From the IMG/VR virus record IMGVR_UViG_3300035661_000005: a stretch of DNA of 64,000 bases; one strand, 5' to 3'. This stretch comes from a virus (lineage: Duplodnaviria > Caudoviricetes). A program made the position numbers and the translations under genes. The notes beneath the pieces were generated by a model. It did not search any database and was not told where the DNA came from. It saw only the letters and a program-made list of their open reading frames with translations. Positions 1-9,951 of the stretch are shown here, in pieces (positions within the stretch are counted from its first letter, which is position 1; each line of letters opens with the position of its first letter).

Positions 1-2
1 AG

Positions 3-833
3 GCGATCCTCGCCAAGTACCTGGAGAAGGTCGAGACGCTCAAGACGGACATCCAGAAGCGGTACCAGCGGGAGATCGACCAGCTCAAACCCTACCCGCA
101 TCTCGCCTTCATGATCCAGGCGGGCGTCAATGCCCTCAAGGAGATGGCGGACGCCGATGCCGCCAAGATCGTCGAGTCGGTCAACTCAATCGAGAGTACC
201 AACACGGTCAACAGGATGGTCCTCGGCAGTTGGACGCTCAAGGGGCCGAGCCTCAACGACTACGGTTTCTCCAACAAGAAGGACAGGAGCACCCTGGTCG
301 CTGGAGCGGACGATGCGCAGCGGATCTACTCCCTCGCCACGGGTCATGCCTTCAACTACGCGGCCGAGTTGATGGTGATGTATCAGCTGCCCAAGGTCCA
401 GGATGTGGCGGGTGTCACGCACGCCATCCTCTCAGCGGCCGACGATGGGGAGATCGACGGCGACAGCCGCACCTGGTTGAGCAACCCCAAGCTCATCGCG
501 CGGTTCGAGGAAGAGGTCGACGAGATCAAGAGCCACCTCAAGGAAGCGCAGGGCCAGAAGGTCTTCGAGGCCATGGGCGCCGACCTCAAGTTCGACGTGC
601 AGAAGTTCTACAAGTGCGTCGAGATGTCGAACGAATGGCTCGTCGGCTTCGGCAAGAGCATCTTCGTCCAGTGGAAGCGGGGGGTGCAGAAGGGCCTGTC
701 GTTCAAGCAGCGGCAGGTCATCGAGCGTGAGATCGGCAAGGGGAAAACCCCCGGCCGGTCCCTCTGGGACGAGATGGAGTCGGAATTCAACAAGCGGAAC
801 CAGGCGAAATTCGCCTACAGCTACGCCCGCTAG
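3..833 (+). CDS. hypothetical protein, 5'-truncated by the window edge
   Basis: Frame is open from position 3 (AILAKYLEKVETLK...) through the 111..833 ORF, with phage-like codon usage. Confidence 0.75.
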   Translation, partial: AILAKYLEKVETLKTDIQKRYQREIDQLKPYPHLAFMIQAGVNALKEMADADAAKIVESVNSIESTNTVNRMVLGSWTLKGPSLNDYGFSNKKDRSTLVAGADDAQRIYSLATGHAFNYAAELMVMYQLPKVQDVAGVTHAILSAADDGEIDGDSRTWLSNPKLIARFEEEVDEIKSHLKEAQGQKVFEAMGADLKFDVQKFYKCVEMSNEWLVGFGKSIFVQWKRGVQKGLSFKQRQVIEREIGKGKTPGRSLWDEMESEFNKRNQAKFAYSYAR

Positions 834-842
834 GGGAACGGT

Positions 843-1133
843 ATGACCAAGGCTCAGTTCGTCGAAGCACTCGCCACCAACCTCGGGATCCCCAAGCCGG
901 AAGCGGCCAATATCGTCGAGTCGTACACCGCCCTCGCCCTCGCCACGCTCAAAGCGGAGGGCGAGATCACCCTACCGGGGCTCGTGAAGATCGTCCTCAA
1001 GGACAAGCCGGCGCAGCCCGAGAAGCAGAAGATGAACCCGTTCACCAAGACCATGGTGACGGTCAAGGCGAAGCCGGCCTCGAAGAAGGTCGTCGCCCGT
1101 CCGGTCGGCCCGCTCAAGAAGGCCATCGCCTGA
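843..1133 (+). CDS. hup: HU/IHF-family histone-like DNA-binding protein
   Basis: MTKAQFVEALA...GEITLPGLVKI...NPFT...VKAKPASKKVVARP matches the HU fold pattern; 96 aa, basic. Confidence 0.9.
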   Translation: MTKAQFVEALATNLGIPKPEAANIVESYTALALATLKAEGEITLPGLVKIVLKDKPAQPEKQKMNPFTKTMVTVKAKPASKKVVARPVGPLKKAIA

Positions 1134-1165
1134 TCGGTAGCCTACTGATACGGTGCCGATCAGGT

Positions 1166-1687
1166 ATGTCCGTCGGACTCATCGTAGCTGCTGACCCCAA
1201 CTGGCTGATTGGGGTCGATGGGAAGCTCCCGTGGCGATATCCCGCCGACCTTCGACGCTTTCGGGCGTTGACGATCGGCGGGACGCTCATTCTGGGCTCC
1301 AAGACCTTCTACTCGCTGCCCAAGCCCTTGGAGGGGCGGACGACGATCATTTTGTCGCGTGGGAGGGGGCCAGCGGTCTGGAAGCACCGGCCAGATGTGC
1401 TAGTAGACAGCCTTGGGGCAGCTTTGGACAAGGCCAAGGATCTGGGGCGCCCTGTGTGGATCGCTGGTGGTGCGGAGATCTACCGCGCTGCTTTGGCCAT
1501 GGACGTGGTGGACTTCATCGATCTGACGATCGTGCCGATTTTTGAGATCACACCACAACCGTACGAGCAGACGTTCACGTACTTTCCCCACAGCCACCTC
1601 GATCGTTTTCGGAGAGTGCAGGTCGAACGCAATGTCGATGACGACCGGCTCACCCATCAACGCTACGAGCGCAGCCGGTACTCATGA
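1166..1687 (+). CDS. folA: dihydrofolate reductase
   Basis: LIVAADPNWLIGVDGKLPWRYPADLRRFRALT, ILGSKTF, RTTIILSR and WIAGGAEIY are DHFR motifs. Confidence 0.93.
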   Translation: MSVGLIVAADPNWLIGVDGKLPWRYPADLRRFRALTIGGTLILGSKTFYSLPKPLEGRTTIILSRGRGPAVWKHRPDVLVDSLGAALDKAKDLGRPVWIAGGAEIYRAALAMDVVDFIDLTIVPIFEITPQPYEQTFTYFPHSHLDRFRRVQVERNVDDDRLTHQRYERSRYS

Positions 1688-2163
1688 GCAACGAGCAGAA
1701 ACGCGCCTCGGTCTTCATCGCGGTCGAGAAGTCCAAGTACGAGACTCCCTACGATGTGGCCAAGGCGGTCATCCGTGCGGGTCAGGAGAAGCGTCGGCTC
1801 TTCAAGGAGCTGGAGCTACTCGACGTGATGTCCTACGGGGGGCGGCAGTTCGTCCGCTTCCGGTGTGACACCAAGGCCCCGCGGACGATCCTACGGCACC
1901 TCTTCACCAGTGAGAGGCGCAACGTAGTCATGCCCGCCAAGGATGGCATGACGTTCGAGGTGTGGATCGGGACTCGGCGTGGATCGGTCTCCAGCTACCA
2001 GATGCACGAAGCCGCGAAGGATGGTTACGGCCGCATCCTCCGGGGACCGTACTTCAAGGACTGGACGAGCCAGTTCAAGCCGAAAGTCTCTTTATCGCAC
2101 CCGCATCAGCAGGGACATGATCAAGGTCGCCGCGGTTCAGTTTTCGCCCAAGTTCAAGGCTAA
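1684..2163 (+). CDS. hypothetical protein
   Basis: 159 aa ORF with ATGA overlap with folA. Confidence 0.6.
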   Translation: MSNEQKRASVFIAVEKSKYETPYDVAKAVIRAGQEKRRLFKELELLDVMSYGGRQFVRFRCDTKAPRTILRHLFTSERRNVVMPAKDGMTFEVWIGTRRGSVSSYQMHEAAKDGYGRILRGPYFKDWTSQFKPKVSLSHPHQQGHDQGRRGSVFAQVQG

Positions 2164-2863
2164 GGAGGAGAACCTCCGCCGGCTCGTCGAATTCGTCTAC
2201 GAGGCATCCAAGGCCGGGGCGAAGCTCGTCGTGTTGCCGGAGCTGGCGACCACGGGCTACTCCTTCATGAGTGCCGAGGAGGCGGAGGAGTTTGCCGAGA
2301 ACGTCGACGTGGATGGGCGGACCTTCCGGGTCATGTCCCGTCTCTCGGCACGCTTGGGTGTTCACATCGTGTGGGGGATGGTCGAGTCCGAGCTGGGCTC
2401 CCATCAGCTCTACAATTCCCAGGTCATCGTGGCGCCAGATGGCAAGTGGGCCAAATACGCCAAGGTCAACCTCTGGGGGAACGACTGGCTCTGGGCCACG
2501 GAGGGGCGTGCGAATCCGTCCATCCTGGAGTGCGACTTTGGCGGAGATACGCGCAAGGTCGGCCTGCTCATCTGCCGGGATGTGCGGGACAAGAAAGATG
2601 ACACCTGGGCCTCCTTCTACGAGAAGGGGGACGCCGACATCGTTTGCCTGTCTGCCAACTGGGGCGATGGCGGGTTCCCGGCGATCACGTGGATCGACTT
2701 CGCCCGGGACAACAAGACCACCCTGGTCGTTTCGAACCGCTGGGGCAAAGAGGTTCCCAACGACTTCGGTGAGGGTGGCGTCTGCGTCATCGAGCCTACG
2801 GCCAAGGTCCACTGCAAGGGGCTCATCTGGAGCCAGGACTGCATCGTCTACGCTGAGGTATAA
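2117..2863 (+). CDS. carbon-nitrogen hydrolase (nitrilase superfamily)
   Basis: Start reassigned to ATG 2117 (MIKVAAVQF). VVLPEL (catalytic E), YNSQV, YAKVNL (K) and GLLICRD (C) give the triad pattern. Confidence 0.9.
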   Translation: MIKVAAVQFSPKFKAKEENLRRLVEFVYEASKAGAKLVVLPELATTGYSFMSAEEAEEFAENVDVDGRTFRVMSRLSARLGVHIVWGMVESELGSHQLYNSQVIVAPDGKWAKYAKVNLWGNDWLWATEGRANPSILECDFGGDTRKVGLLICRDVRDKKDDTWASFYEKGDADIVCLSANWGDGGFPAITWIDFARDNKTTLVVSNRWGKEVPNDFGEGGVCVIEPTAKVHCKGLIWSQDCIVYAEV

Positions 2864-2866
2864 ACC

Positions 2867-3937
2867 ATGATCGCCGCCAACGTCGTACGTCGTTTCCTCG
2901 CCTCAGGCATCCCGGACCTGCAGGGCATCCAAGACAACCTGGAAGCGCTCAAGGAGCTGGATGCGAACCTCACTGGCATCGAGGATGCGTTCGATAACCA
3001 CTTCGATCTGACGGCGGCGAGCGCCCTGGAGCCTGTGGTCGACTCCCAGATCAAGAGCATCTTGAAGGCAAAGGAGGGCCTCAAGGCAGCCCAGGAGATG
3101 GTCAAGCAGACGGACATCATCCTGAACGCCTTCCCGGACGAGAAGGGGGCGCTCAAGACCAAGGCGGAAGCCGTCAAGATGGTCGAGCGCTTCACCAAGC
3201 ACATGGAGGCGGCGCGGAAGATCGTCCGGACCATCTCGAAGAAGGCTCAGCCGGACGCCCTCAAGAAGGAAACGGCCATCGCGGAGAAGCTCATCTCGGC
3301 GCGGCTGGTGAACCCGGCGGCCCTCGACGTGATCCACTGGCAGACGCTGGAGCGAGGCTACATCCCCGGGGCCTACGGCCGTGACCAGAACGTCAAATGC
3401 GTGACCATGCTCTCGATCTTCCGGATCGAGGGCTCGCCCTGGAAGCGCAACGAGGGGGAGCCGACCCTCCGGGAGTCCACGGACGCCCGCCTCCCTGGCG
3501 TTCACTGGACCATCGGCTACGAGCGGTCCGCCGGACCGTCGAGCGGCAAGGACTTCGCCGAGGCGGTCTTCAAGGCGCTCCGTGGGTGGCCTGGCCTCAA
3601 GGGTGAGGCCGAGGCTACCCAAGCGCGAGCGGGCACGGCGGCAGCCATCGCGAAGAAGCTCGACTCGGTCGCCCAAAGGCTCACTCGGCTCGACCACGAC
3701 CGCGTCGAGATCTCGGACGACAAGACGGAGATCTCCACGTCGTACCGCTCGAACCTCCCGAAGGAGGGTGCGTACGATGTGGGTTCGTCCCGTTACGAGG
3801 AGATGGTCTCGGCCGAGATCAATAGGTGTCGGAGGACGTTGGATCCGGAGATCGCCAACTGGAAGGACGCCATCAAGAGCGTCGACGTCCACGACGGCGA
3901 GAAGGGCTGGATCTACATCACGGTCCGGCTGAAGTAG
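2867..3937 (+). CDS. hypothetical protein with N-terminal VVRRFLA motif (putative virion cargo)
   Basis: 356 aa, starts MIAANVVRRFLAS, helical N-terminal half. Confidence 0.7.
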   Translation: MIAANVVRRFLASGIPDLQGIQDNLEALKELDANLTGIEDAFDNHFDLTAASALEPVVDSQIKSILKAKEGLKAAQEMVKQTDIILNAFPDEKGALKTKAEAVKMVERFTKHMEAARKIVRTISKKAQPDALKKETAIAEKLISARLVNPAALDVIHWQTLERGYIPGAYGRDQNVKCVTMLSIFRIEGSPWKRNEGEPTLRESTDARLPGVHWTIGYERSAGPSSGKDFAEAVFKALRGWPGLKGEAEATQARAGTAAAIAKKLDSVAQRLTRLDHDRVEISDDKTEISTSYRSNLPKEGAYDVGSSRYEEMVSAEINRCRRTLDPEIANWKDAIKSVDVHDGEKGWIYITVRLK

Positions 3938-3939
3938 GG

Positions 3940-3967
3940 TTGATCGGGGGCGTGTAGGCCCTGTAGA
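3940..3967 (+). promoter_or_regulatory. class A promoter-like motif TTGATC-N16-TGTAGA
   Basis: TTGATC 3940, TGTAGA 3962, ATG 8 nt after TGTA; same geometry at 10 other sites. Confidence 0.75.
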
Positions 3968-3973
3968 TGGATC

Positions 3974-4222
3974 ATGGCAAAGCTCACGAAGTTCTGGGTG
4001 GTCCGGGACCCGAGCCCCGTCTCCGAGATCAACGACATCCTCTTCGAATCCGATCCGGTCAAGTACGCGGCCTACTGCGTCGGGGCCGGGTACCGCAATG
4101 TCAAGGACGAGCACACCGCGGTATACACGACCGAGGGCGAGGCCAAGAAGGACGCCCTGGCGCGGCTCCAGGCGGAGAAGAAGCCCGTCTCGCCGTACCG
4201 TGCCCCGCCTCCCGAGGGGTAA
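3974..4222 (+). CDS. hypothetical protein
   Basis: 82 aa ORF directly after a class A motif. Confidence 0.7.
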   Translation: MAKLTKFWVVRDPSPVSEINDILFESDPVKYAAYCVGAGYRNVKDEHTAVYTTEGEAKKDALARLQAEKKPVSPYRAPPPEG

Positions 4223-4263
4223 CAAGTACGGACTAACCCCTCCCGGTGTAAAGAGAGGGTGCC

Positions 4264-6522
4264 ATGTCGAGGACGTCCACCCCACACTGCTCGTTCTGCA
4301 ACAAGCCTCGGAACGAGGTGAAGGCCCTCATCGGCAACGACGAGGGTCCGTACATCTGCAACCGTTGCCTGGAGAACGGCTTCCGGGCGCTCTCGAACGC
4401 CCGGAAGGCCGCCGCGCAGACGTCCGCCAAGGACGAGCCCCTCCGCAAGCCGCGGGAGATCAAGGCGACGCTCGACCAGCACGTCATCGCCCAGGACCGG
4501 GCCAAGATGGACATCGCGGTCGCCGTCTACAACCACTACAAGCGGCGCGAGGCGCTCAAAGCGGGCACCGACCTCGGCGGGGTCGAGATCGCCAAATCGA
4601 ATATCCTCTTGATGGGGCCCTCCGGCTGCCATCGGCGGGGCCAACGCATCCTCATGTACGACGGATCGCTTAAAGCGGTCGAAGACGTGCGGGTGGGGGA
4701 CTGTGTGATGGGGCCTGACAGCACCCCTCGCAACGTCCTGGAGCTGCACACCGGCACGGAAGAGATGGTCGAGATCACCCCGACCAAGGGGGCCCCCTGG
4801 GTCGTCAACAAGGGGCACATCTTGACGGTCTTCGAGTACGACAAGGGTCTCGTGGACGTGTCCCTTCGGGAGTGGTTGGGCTGGTCGGAGAAGCGTCGCA
4901 CGGAGTCGAAACTCGTGCGCGTGGGCGTGGACTTCCCCCTCTCCGGGAAGACTCTTCCTATCGAGCCCTACTTTCTCGGGGTTCTGCTCGGAGACGGGTC
5001 GTTGGCCCCCCATGTTCGAGTGACCTCGGCGGACTCTGAGATCGTGGCGGCTGTTCGTGCCTGCGCCCAGGACTTCGGGCTCCAGGTCAACTCTTACGCA
5101 AAGGCCACCACTTCGGCCCGTGACTACGTTCTGGCTGGAACGAAGGGCAAACGGAACCCGGTGGCCGAAGCCCTCGACTCGTTGGGCTTGTGGGGCAGCC
5201 GTAGCGAGAACAAGTTCGTCCCTCAGTCGTACCTCACGGCATCGCGTGAAGATCGCTTGGCTCTTCTCGCTGGTCTGATCGACACCGATGGCTGTTACCG
5301 GGACAAGCCCCCTTGCTTCGATTTCACCAGCAAGTCGGAGAAGCTCGCCCAAGATGTCGCCTTCCTGGCCCGCAGCCTGGGCTTTGCGGCGTATCCCCGG
5401 CCGTTCATGAAAGACGGTACGGCGTACTTCCAGATGAGTATCTCGGGGGACATCGACACGATTCCGGTCAAGGTGGAGCGGAAGAAGGCTCGGGCTCGTC
5501 ACGAAAATGGGCGGGACGTTCTGCGGGTCGGATTCACGACTCGCGACCTCCCGGCTGAGGAGTACTTCGGCTTCGTCCTCGACGGCGACCATCGGTACCT
5601 GCTTGACGACTTCACCGTGACCCACAACACCGGCAAGACGGAGATCGCCCGCACGATCTCGAGGATGCTCCGGGTGCCTTTCTTCGTCGGTGACGCCTCC
5701 CGACTGACCCAGGCGGGCTACGTCGGCGACGACGTGGAGTCCCTCCTCCAGGGGCTCGTGCAGGATGCCGACGGAGACGTGGAACGCGCCCAGTGGGGGA
5801 TCGTCTTCATCGACGAATTCGACAAGCTGGCCCGCAAGTCGGGCCGCGGTGCCACGGGCTACCGTGACGTCTCTGGGGAGGGTGTGCAGCAGGCCCTCCT
5901 CAAGATCCTCGAAGGCTCGAAGATCGTCGTCCCCCGCGGCATGGGGCGGGTCGCGATGGGGTCCGGTAGCGGGGACGTGTTCGACACCTCCAACGTGCTC
6001 TTCATCTGCGCGGGTTCGTTCGCGGGGATCGAGGAGGTCATCGAGAAGCGTGTGAACAACCGGGCGAGCCTCGGGTTCGGCGCCGCGGAGCGGAAGAAGC
6101 TCACCAAGACGGACATCTACCTCCATGTGACCGAGGATGACGTCCTGGAATTCGGCCTCATCCCGGAGCTGATGGGGCGTCTGCCGGTCTTGACGACGGT
6201 CGTGGATCTGACCGAGGATGAGATGGTGCGCATCCTGACGGAGCCGCGGAACGCGATCATCAAGCAGTTTCAGGCGCTTTTCTCAATCGACGGTATCGAC
6301 CTCCAGTTCGACGAGGCAGCGCTCCGGGCCATCGCCCGGGAGGCCAAGATGCGGCCCACGGGCGCCCGTGCCTTGCGCTCCATCGTGGAGAAGGTGCTCC
6401 AACCCTACTGCTTCGACGCCCCGAGCGACCCGACCATCAAAGCGCTCCGGGTGACGGAGGAGACGGTGAACGGGACGGGCAAGGCGATCGTCGTGACCCG
6501 TGAGGCTGCCGCCACGGGTTGA
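4264..6522 (+). CDS. clpX: ClpX AAA+ unfoldase containing an intein
   Basis: N-terminal zinc-binding CSFC...ICNRC, VIAQDRAK, AVYNHYKR, KSNILLMGPSG|TGKT, TQAGYVGDDVE, IVFIDEFDK, RDVSGEGVQQALLK, TGARALR. Confidence 0.95.
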   Translation: MSRTSTPHCSFCNKPRNEVKALIGNDEGPYICNRCLENGFRALSNARKAAAQTSAKDEPLRKPREIKATLDQHVIAQDRAKMDIAVAVYNHYKRREALKAGTDLGGVEIAKSNILLMGPSGCHRRGQRILMYDGSLKAVEDVRVGDCVMGPDSTPRNVLELHTGTEEMVEITPTKGAPWVVNKGHILTVFEYDKGLVDVSLREWLGWSEKRRTESKLVRVGVDFPLSGKTLPIEPYFLGVLLGDGSLAPHVRVTSADSEIVAAVRACAQDFGLQVNSYAKATTSARDYVLAGTKGKRNPVAEALDSLGLWGSRSENKFVPQSYLTASREDRLALLAGLIDTDGCYRDKPPCFDFTSKSEKLAQDVAFLARSLGFAAYPRPFMKDGTAYFQMSISGDIDTIPVKVERKKARARHENGRDVLRVGFTTRDLPAEEYFGFVLDGDHRYLLDDFTVTHNTGKTEIARTISRMLRVPFFVGDASRLTQAGYVGDDVESLLQGLVQDADGDVERAQWGIVFIDEFDKLARKSGRGATGYRDVSGEGVQQALLKILEGSKIVVPRGMGRVAMGSGSGDVFDTSNVLFICAGSFAGIEEVIEKRVNNRASLGFGAAERKKLTKTDIYLHVTEDDVLEFGLIPELMGRLPVLTTVVDLTEDEMVRILTEPRNAIIKQFQALFSIDGIDLQFDEAALRAIAREAKMRPTGARALRSIVEKVLQPYCFDAPSDPTIKALRVTEETVNGTGKAIVVTREAAATG
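4627..5628 (+). mobile_element. intein with LAGLIDADG homing endonuclease (334 aa) in the ClpX Walker A motif
   Basis: Starts with Cys (CHRRGQRILMYDGS), ends with HN followed by Thr+1. Internal LGVLLGDGS and LAGLIDTDG motifs. Removal restores GPSGTGKT. Confidence 0.95.
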
Positions 6523-6546
6523 TCGGCGCCGAGCTGCCCCTGTAGA
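6519..6546 (+). promoter_or_regulatory. class A promoter-like motif
   Basis: TTGATC-N16-TGTAGA, ATG 6553 is 8 nt after TGTA. Confidence 0.75.
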
Positions 6547-6552
6547 TAGGGC

Positions 6553-6837
6553 ATGACCGACAGCGTCTCCCTCCGCGTCGACTACATGGTCCCGGTCCTG
6601 ACGAAGTCGAACAAGCCGAAGACCTACGAGCTTCGGCGGTTCGTCCTGGCGAATCGGATCGGCGTGGACGACTACGCGACGCTCAAGAGCGACGCGAACA
6701 AGCTCTGGGGTATCTTCCGGGCGGGCTTCGAGGCCAAGCTGGCGGAGCCGCTCAAGGGGTGGCCGATCCACTTCCGCGTTCCGAGGATCGTAGCAAGGCC
6801 AAGGCGAACAAATGAGCAAGTCCCGCCGATATTTTGA
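6553..6837 (+). CDS. hypothetical protein
   Basis: 94 aa ORF after a class A motif. Confidence 0.6.
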   Translation: MTDSVSLRVDYMVPVLTKSNKPKTYELRRFVLANRIGVDDYATLKSDANKLWGIFRAGFEAKLAEPLKGWPIHFRVPRIVARPRRTNEQVPPIF

Positions 6838-7738
6838 GGTCACGGATGCCACGTCGCTGATCGGCGAAGTGCTGACGCTCGACTACTTCCATCCGGCGAA
6901 GAACGGCGCCATCCCGATCCCTGCGCACTTCGTCCGCGGTCCGGCGGAGACCCCGCTCGTCCTCGTGGTCGGTGAGAACGCGTCGGGCAAGTCGTTCATC
7001 CGTCGTCTGGTGACGGCAGTCTGCCGCGAGGTTTCCATCGAGTGTATCCACACCTCGATGGAGGGCCGCGGGGGCTCTTACGGTGGACTGCGGGGGTTCA
7101 TCTACGGGGACGAGTCGTGGAAGTCGACGGGGGTGAACTCCGTGGGCACTGTTAGCATGGGGATCCGTACGTGCCTGGCCCGTGAGAAGTCGCACGTGGT
7201 CTTCTGGGACGAGCCTGATCTCGGCCTCTCGGAGAACGGGGCGGCCGGCGTGGGTCAGGCGATCGCGAGCTACGCGATGAGCCCGAACCCGAAGACGGTT
7301 GCGGCCGTCGTCGTGACGCACTCGAAGCCGCTCGTGCAGGAGATCCTGCATCAGTTGACCCCGCACTACCTCCACCTCGGTGTGGGTCCTCTCAAGGCGC
7401 CCGCGACGCTCGCCGACTGGATCAAGATGCCGGTCGTCCCTCGATCGATCGAAGACATCGAGAAGGAGGGCCTTCGTCGCTTCAAGTTGATCCAGGCGAT
7501 CCTGAACAAAAAAGAAAGACTCGTGACTCGCCATCGTGCAGCCAGCTCGTACGGGCACCTCATCCTGCATCTGGGGGCGGGGAGCTTCCGCATCTCGTGG
7601 ACGGTGGATCGCTACTACGCGGGTAGCCGTCTTCGATATCCGCGCGGCTTCGAGCGCGTCACGGATCTGGCGGGCGCGCGGCGGTTCGCGCGCAAGCACG
7701 GTCTCCCGGCCCCTGACTCCAAGGAACATGCGTTATGA
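6812..7738 (+). CDS. P-loop ATPase (ABC/AAA-like), possibly fused to a small downstream ORF
   Basis: VVGENASGKS Walker A, VFWDEPDLGLS Walker B and VVVTHS switch motif. The last ~70 aa, after an A-run near 7505, look like a separate domain. Confidence 0.8.
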   Translation: MSKSRRYFEVTDATSLIGEVLTLDYFHPAKNGAIPIPAHFVRGPAETPLVLVVGENASGKSFIRRLVTAVCREVSIECIHTSMEGRGGSYGGLRGFIYGDESWKSTGVNSVGTVSMGIRTCLAREKSHVVFWDEPDLGLSENGAAGVGQAIASYAMSPNPKTVAAVVVTHSKPLVQEILHQLTPHYLHLGVGPLKAPATLADWIKMPVVPRSIEDIEKEGLRRFKLIQAILNKKERLVTRHRAASSYGHLILHLGAGSFRISWTVDRYYAGSRLRYPRGFERVTDLAGARRFARKHGLPAPDSKEHAL

Positions 7739-9933
7739 CCGACAAGCTGGCGCGCCCCAGGATGGCGGACGAGGTTCTCCGTGGGGACGAACCGGAGATC
7801 GGCCGTTGGTACTGGGTCCGTGACGATGCGGACGATGAGCCGTGTCTCGCGTGCGTTGTCACGATGGGCTCGAACTTCATCGGCCTTGAGGGGGTTGGTT
7901 GCGCCACGCGTATCCACAACGACGACTTCTGGTCCCGTTGTACCTACGAGCCCAACGCCGAGCAGGTCATCCAGGGGAAGATTCGCGGCTACCAGGAGAA
8001 CACGAAGCTCCTGGTGCGTAAGGTGCAGGAGATCACGTCGCGTCTCGCGATCACGCCGGGGCTCGCGCTCTCGGACGGTCAGCCCGAGAAGACGGAGACC
8101 GCACTTGTCGCGATGCGTGGGGAGATGCGTCCGGCGAGCGAGTACAAGGCGGCGCTCATCAAAGCGAAGAAAGAGGATCTCCCGCAGCTCTTCCAAGAGA
8201 TCGAGAGCAACAACACGGCGATGGGCAGGTGGATGAAGGCCACGCTCATCCCGCTTCGGGCGCAGGCGGAGGGCCTGAAGTCCACCATTGGAGCGATCGA
8301 AGAGCGCATCTTCTCGGTCGAGCTGTACGCAGGTCTCGTTGAGACGGTCACGCAGTTCGCGGACGGCGCGCCCGCACCGACCCACGAGAAGATCCATCTC
8401 TTCCAGCGCCGGCACTACATGGACGAAGAGTGCCTCGTCAACTACGAGACGGGTGGGATGGAGTTCGCGAACCTCGGCGAGTTCGATCAGTGGCTCGCGC
8501 GCCCCGTGAACCGTGATCGCATCCTGCCGTACCCGCGCACCATCGCGGCTTTTCAGGTCCGGCGAAACCGGAAGGGACGTGACACGCTTAGCCTCAGTGA
8601 CTTCATCAGTGTCATGGAGTTGGACAAGGCTGACAAGGCGACCTTCCTCTACATCCGCAACGGCGAGCAGCTCTTCCGCCTGGGCACGGAGATCGACTTC
8701 GGGGAGAGACTCTTCCTCGATCTCGATCAGCAGCTCGTCGACCGCGGGACGATCTGGGTCAAGATGTCCTGCGGGAAAGTGAAGCGGATGATCTCCGATC
8801 ACGAGTACCAGGCGATGCTCGAAGAAGAGCGTCGTATTGACGCGGAGTGGGAAAAAGCACCCGAGACAGAGAGGTGGCGGCACTCGCACTTTCACGAGAC
8901 GAGCGAGTACCAGCCCTTCGATCGCTCGAACGTCTACTACGACGAGATCGTGAAGCACCTCGCGGATGAGGCCGCGCGCCACAACCGGCTCGTGCTCGTT
9001 CTCCAGGGGCTCCTCGATCGATCCCCGGTCATGCACCCGCACCCTGCGTGGTCGCTGTGGACGCCGGAAGGCTTCACGGCGGGCCTGACGCTCGTCTACG
9101 ACGATTCTCGTGCTCTGGTCGCGGGGGAGCGCCCGGACTTCGAGGCCTATCGTGCGCGACTGAATGCCTCGTTGAAGGCGGGGTCCATCACGGTCGGGCA
9201 GGACGACGCCTGGGCCCGTGCGGAAGCCGACAAGGAGTACGAGCGCGAGAGCGCGCGGGGACACGGGAGTTACCGCCCGACGCACCACCGGCCCTACGGC
9301 AACCCCGGCCCCGGGATGCTGGCTCGTGTGGTGCGGTACGCGCCGCGTGCGAAGACCTGCACCTACGAATGGGAGCGGCAGCGTCGGACCTACGACGAGG
9401 ACTACTACAAGGGTCGCCGCACGGTCCCCGTGTCGTTCACGACGGAGACCTCGAACATCTTGAACGTCGACGCCTACCGGCCCGGCGACTTCAAGATGTT
9501 CTTCAACGACCCGCGCACGCGTGCGGACTACCTGGAGTGGGCGCCGCTGCTCTTGGAGGCCGAGGAGTACCACGCGGGCAACCGCAAGGTGCAGGAGCCC
9601 CCGGTCCCGACCGTCCGCAAGAAGTCCGAAGAGGGTTCCTGGGAGTACGAGAAGCGCAAGTGTCGTCGAGCCTTGCGAGGGAAGGCGGTGCGCCTTACCC
9701 GCGCCGTCACGACGCGGGGCGGGACCAAGTACGAGGTCGGCTCCCTCTGGCGCGTGACGGGCAGTCACGGCGATCTTTGTACGATCACGGGCATCACGCC
9801 GGACGGCAAGACTGAGATGAACGACGCAGGTTGCGTCGCGCGTCTTGTTTGCAACGTCGACTCCTACTCGTTCGACGTGGACGAGACGATCCCGAAGGCA
9901 CCGAAGGCACCGAAGCACGACGACGAGTCGTAG
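7735..9933 (+). CDS. large hypothetical phage protein
   Basis: 732 aa, strong GC3 codon bias, ATGA overlap, coiled-coil N-terminal part. Confidence 0.8.
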   Translation: MTDKLARPRMADEVLRGDEPEIGRWYWVRDDADDEPCLACVVTMGSNFIGLEGVGCATRIHNDDFWSRCTYEPNAEQVIQGKIRGYQENTKLLVRKVQEITSRLAITPGLALSDGQPEKTETALVAMRGEMRPASEYKAALIKAKKEDLPQLFQEIESNNTAMGRWMKATLIPLRAQAEGLKSTIGAIEERIFSVELYAGLVETVTQFADGAPAPTHEKIHLFQRRHYMDEECLVNYETGGMEFANLGEFDQWLARPVNRDRILPYPRTIAAFQVRRNRKGRDTLSLSDFISVMELDKADKATFLYIRNGEQLFRLGTEIDFGERLFLDLDQQLVDRGTIWVKMSCGKVKRMISDHEYQAMLEEERRIDAEWEKAPETERWRHSHFHETSEYQPFDRSNVYYDEIVKHLADEAARHNRLVLVLQGLLDRSPVMHPHPAWSLWTPEGFTAGLTLVYDDSRALVAGERPDFEAYRARLNASLKAGSITVGQDDAWARAEADKEYERESARGHGSYRPTHHRPYGNPGPGMLARVVRYAPRAKTCTYEWERQRRTYDEDYYKGRRTVPVSFTTETSNILNVDAYRPGDFKMFFNDPRTRADYLEWAPLLLEAEEYHAGNRKVQEPPVPTVRKKSEEGSWEYEKRKCRRALRGKAVRLTRAVTTRGGTKYEVGSLWRVTGSHGDLCTITGITPDGKTEMNDAGCVARLVCNVDSYSFDVDETIPKAPKAPKHDDES

Positions 9934-9951
9934 CTGGTGTACGTGAGCGGT

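Noticed and set aside
9890-9920. Short DNA repeats (CCGAAGGCA x2-3; also 15241-15380, 36950-36980, 45165-45235, 52970-53060)
   Set aside because: They are explained by low-complexity protein sequence (PKAPKAPK, AKA/EKK, DTDE, AET, AAKK).
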